Part shown: positions 54,008-62,700 of the stretch, piece after piece | Position numbering within the stretch: the stretch's first letter is position 1 | Layout: each line of letters starts with the position of its first letter | Sequence record: OR258281.1 | Direction: 5' to 3' (one strand) | DNA: 64,000 nucleotides | Made by a program: the position numbers and the translations under genes | Notes under the pieces: generated by a model | Seen by the model: only the letters and a program-made list of their open reading frames with translations | What the model was told of the DNA's origin: nothing | The model's database searches: none

Positions 54008-54471
54008 AATGGATATGGCAGACTGTTAGTAAATGGTCTGCCATTTTTTATTGATTCCCATAAAGAATTAAAGTCCATAACAATGTTGTCATTGTATAAA
54101 GTACTTTTAGCTCCAGGGTGTAGAGGTTTAGGCCAGTTTCCAATTTTAACCCAAGAATACCCTGAGCTTTCTGAATTGAGTACCGGAATGAATTCATCAG
54201 AAACTACTATAATGAAAGAATAGTATTTAAACTTTTCATTTTTAGTACTGAATACATCAAAAGGAATTATATCTTCTATTACAGGGACACTATCACCTAA
54301 TTCTTCATGAATTTCACGATGTAATGCCTGTAATGGTGCTTCATCCCTTTCCACTTTTCCACCAACAAAGCCCCAATAATTAGCATATGTAACAGAATCA
54401 GAACGAAGGTTCAACATCATTCTACCTGTACTTTTTGATAAAAATATTGCACCTACTGCTTCGTTGGACAT
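54004..54471 (-). CDS. NUDIX hydrolase
   Basis: Nudix box GGKVERDEAPLQALHREIHEELG; LHPG. Confidence 0.85.
   Translation of the reverse strand: MSNEAVGAIFLSKSTGRMMLNLRSDSVTYANYWGFVGGKVERDEAPLQALHREIHEELGDSVPVIEDIIPFDVFSTKNEKFKYYSFIIVVSDEFIPVLNSESSGYSWVKIGNWPKPLHPGAKSTLYNDNIVMDFNSLWESIKNGRPFTNSLPYPF
54015..54049 (+). terminator. Terminator hairpin
   Basis: atggcagac...gtctgccat followed by a T-run; lies in the 3' end of the convergent NUDIX gene. Confidence 0.6.
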
Positions 54472-54481
54472 ACAATCCTCC

Positions 54482-55813
54482 TTAAATTTCGGTGAAGCCG
54501 ATTCTCCAGTAACCAGGTCTGTATGTACTTAATACAGTTCTGTACCATCCAAACTCATCATCGAAACGATAAAATAATTGATCAATTGCATTATAAATTA
54601 CGTGGTCTGGACTCAACTTATTGAGTACTTCCCATATACCATTATTTAGAAATACAATATCGTTAGGTTTTAGTATTACATAGTTCAAGTCAATATCACG
54701 ATCCCCAATATAAACAAAAGTACTACCTTCAGGTGCACCATGAAGAACTAAATCATCTATAATGAATTTGTCTACTGTATATTTCACTTGATACTGTGAA
54801 CTATCTAATTCAACTTGTAACTTATTAGAAGTTTTACCAGAACCGATACTAACTACCATACCCTTCATTGGATTATCTTCTTCAATTTGAGTCTGGAACT
54901 TAATAGATAATTGTTTATCTTTATAATCAGGTTCTAAGTAATTGAGATACTTATTCCAGTCATATATTTTACCAGCATCATTTACTTCAGAGTTATTACT
55001 ATTCATTAGAGTTAATTCATACAATTCTAAAGAATTGGTCTGAGATAACTTATCTACCTTAATACTGAAATTTTTAGGAGTGAAGACTTCAGTTAAAATA
55101 TGTTCAGGATCAAAGATTAACTCCTGTTCATCACGTACCGCACCAATATTAGTAACAATCTGGTTAATCAGTAATGCACGTTGATCAATAGCTGGTAGAC
55201 TGAAGTAAATTTGAGTAGTAAATGTTAATTTGGCAATGTCCAAATCACTATCTGTACCTTGTGGGACAGCACGGGTACTGAATTCTGAACCTATTAGTTC
55301 AACCGTACTCAATGAAGTCCAATCAAGGGGGTTAGTACTCAACTGTAACTGAATACTTGGATTGAAGATTGTTGCAATCTGTTCAATAAGTTCCATTTTG
55401 TTAGTCAGAGTGGTAGTCCATATATTAACATCAAATTCAAAAGTCCATGGCACCGGGTTATAACGTTTTACATGGTGTATAGTATCAAGTTCACTGGTAT
55501 AATTACCTGATTCATCTTGTTTATTTTTACCAAGTATTACATCCTGCGAAACTGGTGCTCTCATTTCCTTTCTATTGATATTAAGTGACTTAACTGAAAT
55601 AGTCATGAACGGAGCACTATTAAGTATGTTCTCTGAATTTGCTATATTGTACTGTGCCTGTCTTGACATATCAGCATACAGGCACGGTACTTTACGGTAC
55701 TTGACATTATTTTCAGAATCCACACCATTTTGTACTTGGAATTCTCCAAAAACTCTGATAAGATGCTTTAATACGCGGCGAAACTGCTCGTCGTAAAAAT
55801 AATCTAATTTCAT
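54482..55813 (-). CDS. Tail sheath stabiliser / terminator protein (T4 gp15-like)
   Basis: YFYDEQFRR...F, RKVPCLYA, APFM, PVPWTFEFDVNIWT and IEQIATIFNP. Confidence 0.8.
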   Translation of the reverse strand: MKLDYFYDEQFRRVLKHLIRVFGEFQVQNGVDSENNVKYRKVPCLYADMSRQAQYNIANSENILNSAPFMTISVKSLNINRKEMRAPVSQDVILGKNKQDESGNYTSELDTIHHVKRYNPVPWTFEFDVNIWTTTLTNKMELIEQIATIFNPSIQLQLSTNPLDWTSLSTVELIGSEFSTRAVPQGTDSDLDIAKLTFTTQIYFSLPAIDQRALLINQIVTNIGAVRDEQELIFDPEHILTEVFTPKNFSIKVDKLSQTNSLELYELTLMNSNNSEVNDAGKIYDWNKYLNYLEPDYKDKQLSIKFQTQIEEDNPMKGMVVSIGSGKTSNKLQVELDSSQYQVKYTVDKFIIDDLVLHGAPEGSTFVYIGDRDIDLNYVILKPNDIVFLNNGIWEVLNKLSPDHVIYNAIDQLFYRFDDEFGWYRTVLSTYRPGYWRIGFTEI

Positions 55814-55824
55814 ATTGACCTCTA

Positions 55825-57300
55825 TTATTGTTTTATGTTAGGCTTAACTACATCATGAATAGAGACGCGATTTTTACTATTCACAAACTCAGCTTGTACC
55901 TGATCTGGACCAACCCACGGTAAACGACCACCATATGGGAACAATGTCCATTTGTTTTGATCAGCACTATATTGCCATACACGTGCAGGAGTGTAATCAG
56001 TACGATAGAAGTACATATTATCAGTTGGGTCAGATGGGAACTCATCACCTTCTGGTATAGTACCACGTACTGGTGGTATACCACCGCGAACATCATCATG
56101 TGTAGTACGGTTACCAGCAATATCTTTAGATGTAAATGGTTTCATAATAGTACTCATATCAGTTTCAGTCCATTTAGTACCATTGTACATGTAAAGCACT
56201 GGAGATTGATAGTAATAATAGAATTCAGTTGCATTAGCAGGAACCTGATCAACATCAGTACTTGGTATTAAACATTCATACCATTGTTTATCCTGTAATT
56301 CATACTGATATAGTTTGTATTGTACTTCATCAGTAACGGAATCCTGAACTTTAAAATAAAATGTTCCGTCTTTTGGCTTGCTTGGGAATCTTACACCGTA
56401 CTTACTTTCAAGTACTTCCCACTCAGTACCATTCTTCCCATAAAGAATTGGAGTCGAAAGCTTTTTAAAGTACATTCCATTATTTTTGATTTTAGGGAAA
56501 CTAAATCCTGATGGTATTGGTGATTTTAAATACTCTGCCCCTACACTATCATCATATATGTGCTCATTATCCCAATGCATATATGGTACTTCCGAATCTG
56601 CTTGTTGAATGATGGTATTCATCATATCAAGTTGTTTGTCGCCAGTACTAATACCGGAATTATCAGTGTTATCAGGATTAGTATCGTTGGGATCATCAGA
56701 TGTGCTTGGATAAGTATCTTTAATCTTGTCTACTAAGTCTGAAAACTCTGGAGAATCAGTAAGTGGTTTAACACGGAGTTTCCATATGTGGTGGTTCCAT
56801 GTAGCAGAATAACCTTCTGCGGCTTTAAATGCATCTTGTACTACATACCATTTATTCATAGATACGGTTGACCCATATATATCAGTATCACGAAGGTTAG
56901 GTAGTTCTAGTACATCACCAGGAATTATCTTTCTTCCTACACGTTGCATCATAGTATTATAATGTAATGTTATATCCATTGTATTGAAGTTAAAGAACAA
57001 ACCCGGTAGTTTTAAATCAGGAGTTGCTTCTTGAATCTGATAAACAACTGGTAGTTTTATAGCTTCTGGATTGTATTTTCTGTTAACTGTTTCACCAAAT
57101 ATACTATCACCAATGACTTTTAATGATGTATTTTTGGTTAAGTCCGGTTTAGTTGAATCAGTACTACCAGCATTACCTGTTGCTCCTTCAAACGTATACA
57201 GATATGCGTCAACTCCACCAACATTGTAACTTTCTGCCATAACACCATCAAAAAACCGATAGTCATTTGATTTGTTAGGCTTGTATATTCTATATGACAT
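55825..57300 (-). CDS. Neck protein (T4 gp14-like) with a C-terminal extension
   Basis: GVDAYLY, GDVLELPN and WYVVQD pattern; upstream of the gp15-like gene. Confidence 0.65.
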   Translation of the reverse strand: MSYRIYKPNKSNDYRFFDGVMAESYNVGGVDAYLYTFEGATGNAGSTDSTKPDLTKNTSLKVIGDSIFGETVNRKYNPEAIKLPVVYQIQEATPDLKLPGLFFNFNTMDITLHYNTMMQRVGRKIIPGDVLELPNLRDTDIYGSTVSMNKWYVVQDAFKAAEGYSATWNHHIWKLRVKPLTDSPEFSDLVDKIKDTYPSTSDDPNDTNPDNTDNSGISTGDKQLDMMNTIIQQADSEVPYMHWDNEHIYDDSVGAEYLKSPIPSGFSFPKIKNNGMYFKKLSTPILYGKNGTEWEVLESKYGVRFPSKPKDGTFYFKVQDSVTDEVQYKLYQYELQDKQWYECLIPSTDVDQVPANATEFYYYYQSPVLYMYNGTKWTETDMSTIMKPFTSKDIAGNRTTHDDVRGGIPPVRGTIPEGDEFPSDPTDNMYFYRTDYTPARVWQYSADQNKWTLFPYGGRLPWVGPDQVQAEFVNSKNRVSIHDVVKPNIKQ

Positions 57301-57322
57301 AGGATTCTCCTTATATATGTTG

Positions 57323-57329
57323 TATTTAT
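57323..57329 (-). promoter_or_regulatory. Late promoter motif ATAAATA
   Basis: Back-to-back with the clpA promoter. Confidence 0.6.
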
Positions 57330-57331
57330 TT

Positions 57332-57361
57332 TTGAAACACCTGCTGAATGTGTCCTATACT
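57332..57361 (+). promoter_or_regulatory. Recurrent phage promoter (TGAAAC-N17-TATACT)
   Basis: TGAAAC at 57333-57338; TGTCC-TATACT ending at 57361. Confidence 0.75.
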
Positions 57362-57403
57362 AAAGAAGCTAGGTTTATACCGAATTTTAAACAGGAGCAA
57401 TAA

Positions 57404-59728
57404 ATGAGCCACACTATTGATTCACTATTCAAAGACAGTAATGAATTAGCTAAGAAGTTTAAACATGATTTAGTTACTACTGATCATTTAGCTCTTGCTA
57501 CAATTAAAGTACCAAGTATTCGTGATTTCTTCTTAGAAATTGGACATAACCCAAGAGAAATTGAAGAAAAACTTGAAGCTGCGGTAAGTTCTCTGAACAT
57601 TCCAAAGATGACTAATATTGGTCAGGAACCAATTGGTACTTCAAACTTTGGTACTATTAAACTTGATGTTAAGAAAGAAGCAATCATTCAGCAGTTGAAA
57701 GCAAACAACGTTGAAATTGAACCTTTCTTCATTTTGCTTGAATGTCTGAGCTTCACTGATACTGTATTTGAAAAAGTACTGGAAACAGAAGATACAACTG
57801 CATCTGAAATTGCAGCACAATTACAATCATACCTTAATGAACGTGATTACAATCTTGATATTAAAGCAGCACAGGAAGATATGAACGAAGAACCAAGTGC
57901 TGAAAATCTTGGTGGTACTTCTCGCGGTAAAAGTGCAAAATCTGCTATCGAAGAATATACTACCGATCTTACTCAAGATGCAAAAGATGGTAAACTTGAT
58001 CCACTAATCGGACGTGAAGTAGAACTTCATGATATTATCCAGGTACTGTCACGTAAAACTAAAAAGAACGTTGCATTAACTGGTGATCCGGGTGTGGGTA
58101 AAACTCAGATCGTTAATGGTCTGGCACATATGATCGTATCAGGGAACGTACCTGAAAGCCTCAAGGCTGCACGTATTCTTAACCTGAACGTCAGTACCTT
58201 ACTTGCTGGTACAAAGTTCCGTGGTGAGTTTGAGAGCCGCGTTGAGCGTCTTATCAAAGAAGTAAAAGAGAACCCGGAAATTGTACTGTTCATTGATGAA
58301 ATTCATACAATGATGGGTGCAGGCGGTGGTGGTTCAAGTGGTGGTACTGATATGAGTAACATGCTTAAGCCCGCACTGTCTAAAGGTGAAATGCGTGTAA
58401 TCGGTGCAACTACTTACGAAGAGTACAACAAACATATTGAGAAAGATCCGGCATTAACTCGTCGTTTCATGAAACTCAATGTAGCTGAACCTACTTTCGA
58501 AGAAACCAAACTGATCATTACTGGTCTGAAAAAGACTTATGAAAAATTCCATAACGTTAAGTACCCTCGTCGTACTCTTGATGTTATTATGGATCTTGCT
58601 AGTAAGTACATTACTAATAAAAAGTTCCCTGATAAAGCAATTGATCTGATGGATGCAGCAGGTGCACGTAATAAAGTAAAAGAAGTACCAAATACCAGTA
58701 TTACCCGTGAAGATATTGAGTACGAAGTTTCTCGTATTGCTAACCTTCCGATTGAGATTGTAAGTTGTCAGGAATCTGACCGTATGATGAATCTTGAAGA
58801 TAACCTGCGTAAGCAAGTATTCGGTCAAGATAAAGCTATTACTTCTCTGGTTGATAACGTAATGGTAGCTCGTGCTGGTCTTCGTGATAAAGCAAGTATT
58901 CAAGGTGCGTTCCTGTTCGTAGGACCATCAGGTACTGGTAAAACCGAAATTAGTAAAGCACTGGCTGAATCACTTGGTGTAGAGCTTATTCGTTTCGATA
59001 TGGCTGAATACGCACAAGAACATACTGTATCTAAACTGATCGGTTCACCTCCAGGTTATGTTGGTCATGATTCTGGTAATGGTGCACTGCTTGATAAAGT
59101 AGAACAGCAGCCGAACTGTGTATTACTGTTTGATGAAATTGAAAAAGCACATCCAAAAGTTATGCAAACTTTCCTGCAACTACTGGATGAAGGTCGCCTA
59201 ACTGGTTCTCATGGCAAGACTGTATATTTCAATAACGTTACGGTAATTATGACTTCTAACTTGGGTGCACGTAATGTTGATGTACGTCCAGTTGGTTTCG
59301 GTGGTTCAAAAGGTAAAGATGGAATCGATACTGCGGTTCGTGCAGCATTAGCACCTGAATTTATCAACCGTCTGGATGCAATTATTAAGTTCAATGAACT
59401 TGATGAATCAGCAATCGAAAGTATCATTGATAAGTTCATTACTATCATTAACGACGATATTAAAGATCGTAAGGTTAAAGTAGTACTGGATGCAAGTGCT
59501 AAGAAATGGCTGGCAGCTAATGGTACTGAGAAAGGTATGGGTGCACGTCCGATGAAACGTTGCATTAACGAGAATATTAAACGCGTACTTGCAAAAGAAA
59601 TGCTGTTTGGTACTTTGGTTGGTGGCGGGAAAGCGAAGTTCACTGCAACTGAAAACGGTATTGAGCTTGTAAAAGTAAAAGTTGTTACTGCTGAAGTTGA
59701 AGAAGTACTTCCGGTAATCGAAGAGTAA
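57404..59728 (+). CDS. clpA: ClpA-type Hsp100 AAA+ unfoldase
   Basis: Clp N-domain; two AAA modules (GDPGVGKT/FIDEIH and GPSGTGKT/FDEIEKAH); GSPPGYVG pore loop; no ClpB middle domain; VGF loop. Confidence 0.9.
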   Translation: MSHTIDSLFKDSNELAKKFKHDLVTTDHLALATIKVPSIRDFFLEIGHNPREIEEKLEAAVSSLNIPKMTNIGQEPIGTSNFGTIKLDVKKEAIIQQLKANNVEIEPFFILLECLSFTDTVFEKVLETEDTTASEIAAQLQSYLNERDYNLDIKAAQEDMNEEPSAENLGGTSRGKSAKSAIEEYTTDLTQDAKDGKLDPLIGREVELHDIIQVLSRKTKKNVALTGDPGVGKTQIVNGLAHMIVSGNVPESLKAARILNLNVSTLLAGTKFRGEFESRVERLIKEVKENPEIVLFIDEIHTMMGAGGGGSSGGTDMSNMLKPALSKGEMRVIGATTYEEYNKHIEKDPALTRRFMKLNVAEPTFEETKLIITGLKKTYEKFHNVKYPRRTLDVIMDLASKYITNKKFPDKAIDLMDAAGARNKVKEVPNTSITREDIEYEVSRIANLPIEIVSCQESDRMMNLEDNLRKQVFGQDKAITSLVDNVMVARAGLRDKASIQGAFLFVGPSGTGKTEISKALAESLGVELIRFDMAEYAQEHTVSKLIGSPPGYVGHDSGNGALLDKVEQQPNCVLLFDEIEKAHPKVMQTFLQLLDEGRLTGSHGKTVYFNNVTVIMTSNLGARNVDVRPVGFGGSKGKDGIDTAVRAALAPEFINRLDAIIKFNELDESAIESIIDKFITIINDDIKDRKVKVVLDASAKKWLAANGTEKGMGARPMKRCINENIKRVLAKEMLFGTLVGGGKAKFTATENGIELVKVKVVTAEVEEVLPVIEE

Positions 59729-59757
59729 AAAAAAGGGAGGCTTAATGCCTCCCTTTA
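59727..59757. terminator. Bidirectional terminator
   Basis: A-run, gggaggc-ttaat-gcctccc, ttt. Confidence 0.8.
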
Positions 59758-62700
59758 TTATTTTTGTTTTAGTAAATCGCCAACTGTACTAACTGACAAT
59801 CCTTTAGTATAAACATCTAAACCAATAGGATTAAACATATCTGAATAGTACTCGAATTTAACATTCGGCCCTAAGTTAGCTGCTAGAACATTATAAGTAG
59901 TACCTTTAACATAGTTTCTTTCGATACTGTTGTAAAGTCCTCTTAACATATATCCATTTCGGATTTCGACAACTTCTGAGTTAACAGAAATCACATCACC
60001 CTCACTAACATTTCCAGATTGAACTACATTATTAATTACTTCAATATTTTCTATACTGTGCGGTGCACCAACATAGTATTTCTCTAGGTTCTTAATCATG
60101 TATGTCAATTTAGCCGGGACTGAATCAATATAAACACCATCCACTACATTTCCTGTATGTTTCCATACAGAATTAGTATTGTCATAAACAGGCTTAACTA
60201 CTGCACTGTCATATTCATAAATGAATATTTGCAATTCTTCTTGTCCCACAATACGAACTAGTTCGCTTAGAGCACCTTTACCATAAACTGGCTGATAGAA
60301 ACCATGATCTACTTCATTACCTTCAGGATCAGTACCATACTCGTTAGATGTATACCACAAATCAACTTCATCAGTACCGAATGCACTAGAAGATATAGTT
60401 CTGTCATAGAAAACATCGTAATCCATGCTGGCTATACTATATTTTCTTGAAGTACTATACAATGTTCCAGTACTTGGACTGAATGACGCATCATTGAAGT
60501 TAACAACACGAACTACAGATATACTTGTACCATAAGATGAACGAATATAATCAGCATTTTTGGAACTGTATGTATTAGCGAAAGATAAACCACCAATACG
60601 AACGTTATTACCAGATACTGAAGATACGGTGAAGATTTTAGGTCTATTTTGGTTCTTAATAACAGATGCATTCATGATTAATGTTTTAGTACCATCAACC
60701 TTAGCTTCGTAATAGTCATCAGTATCTGGTAAGAATACTGCAACACGATCACCAGTTTTAAGGTTATGATTAGGAATAGTAACAGTACCAGTTTTGTTAA
60801 CAATATCGCTTACACGATGGATGTAACGTATTTCTGTTCTGTTAAAATTCATTTTATCTAGGTACTGTAACGCTTCATCATACTTAGGTATACTTACTAG
60901 TACTTCTTTAAGATTGTAAGGGTTTTGTAGTACTAGACCTTCAATCTGGAAGTTACCAAAGTCACGTAATGCAGTGTTATCTGGAGTTTCAAAACCATAT
61001 CCATCTACAGTAAATCGTAAGTTAGCTACATCACGACCTTCTGGATTAATATCAGAAATATCAATAAAGATGGGGTCTTGAGTACTGTTAACTACGCCAC
61101 TTGCTTTCTGTTCTACAATATTGTACTGTGATTCTAAAGCTAGATTATCAAATGAGTTCATATCATCGACATATTCATTTGAATTTTTAGAACTTTGTAC
61201 CAAAGACAGAACTTCACTATATAGTGGATTGCTATCATCTACCGGTAAATCATCTAGGCTGATTTCATTAAGAATCCAAACTTCGTTATCCTTAATTGCC
61301 TGTGCTTCCATAAACTCATCAAGACCAGTTCCCATAGGGACAGTGTAGTTAACACCTGTTTCCTGATTAGTTACCGAAACATATTTTCTTGGTACAAGTA
61401 CCATGCAATACGAATCTACAGTTGGAGTACTTAATATTGCCTTAGCAACATCATAAGAATCAACATCACCAGTTACATAGTTGTTAAGCATTCCTGCTAG
61501 TACATAATATGTATCGGTATAGTATCTTCCGTTACTATCCATATCCTGAGTCCAAGAATATAAACCATATTCATAACTTAGGTACTGCATAACTTCATCC
61601 TCAGAGAATGCAGGATTAGCTTTTAGCACTAAATCTTTGAACTGATTGTATAGGCTTTCGGATTTAAGGATATATCCTTTGTTCATATCAGGTTCAGCAC
61701 TGAAACCGAACGGTAAACGACTATTTGGATTATCGTTTAATACAATACCTTTAAATGGACAGTTAACGTCATATCCAATTGTTTCGTTTGTTTTATTAGT
61801 ATACAAACTTAGGCGGTTAGCCAAGGTATTGTACTGAATGTACTGCGTTGCTTCCTTGATACCGGAATCTGCTTTATACGCTTCATTTAGAAGAACGGTA
61901 AGATCAGTAGTGAACTGTTCAGTACCTTCAATATCATCTTTTAGAGTAACATAAGCATCGTTGATAGCATCTACATAACCTAAGTTAGTGTTAATAAAAT
62001 CATATTTTGCTTTCAATGAATACAATACTGATGATGTTGCAGAACTTGTATCAACAACTGGAGTACTGAACTTAAAACGTTGAAGTTTAAAGTGATTACC
62101 AGTACCTAATACATCCTGAGAAGTACTTTGATACTTTTTATTCACAGCTTCTAACGCAAGTACAGAATCTAGTTCATCTGGAGTACATTGTACGTTATCA
62201 AATACTAGAATCTCATTACTTTCCTGGAAAGGTCTCTGAGGTTCAACGAAATCACTAGGTAGAGAACCAGTGGTTACATACTTTTCCTGAATTTCGTCGT
62301 ATTGTGCGTATTCATAATCCCAAATATCTTTCTCTACTTTGATCCATGAGCCATTTTCGAAAACATAACCGTTAGGACCAAGATCGTTGGAGATACCATT
62401 AATTTCATCTTCATCAGAAGTTTTCTGTTCAATCTGAGAACGAATTTTAGTTCTGTAAGGTTTAACTTCTTCAAAGTACTCAACAATCTGATTAATTAAA
62501 TCATCTTGTTGTAGGTAATTTTTCTGTAATGGTTGTTCTAAACCAACCACGAAGATATAAGAGGTTTTATAAACCCAATCTACCACATTTTGTTCAACGT
62601 GTACATACTTAACCATATCAAACACCATTCTACTCTGAACAGTATCGAAGGTACTTTTTAGTAAAGTAATTGCCTGACGAACATTTTTCTCAATTGCAGT

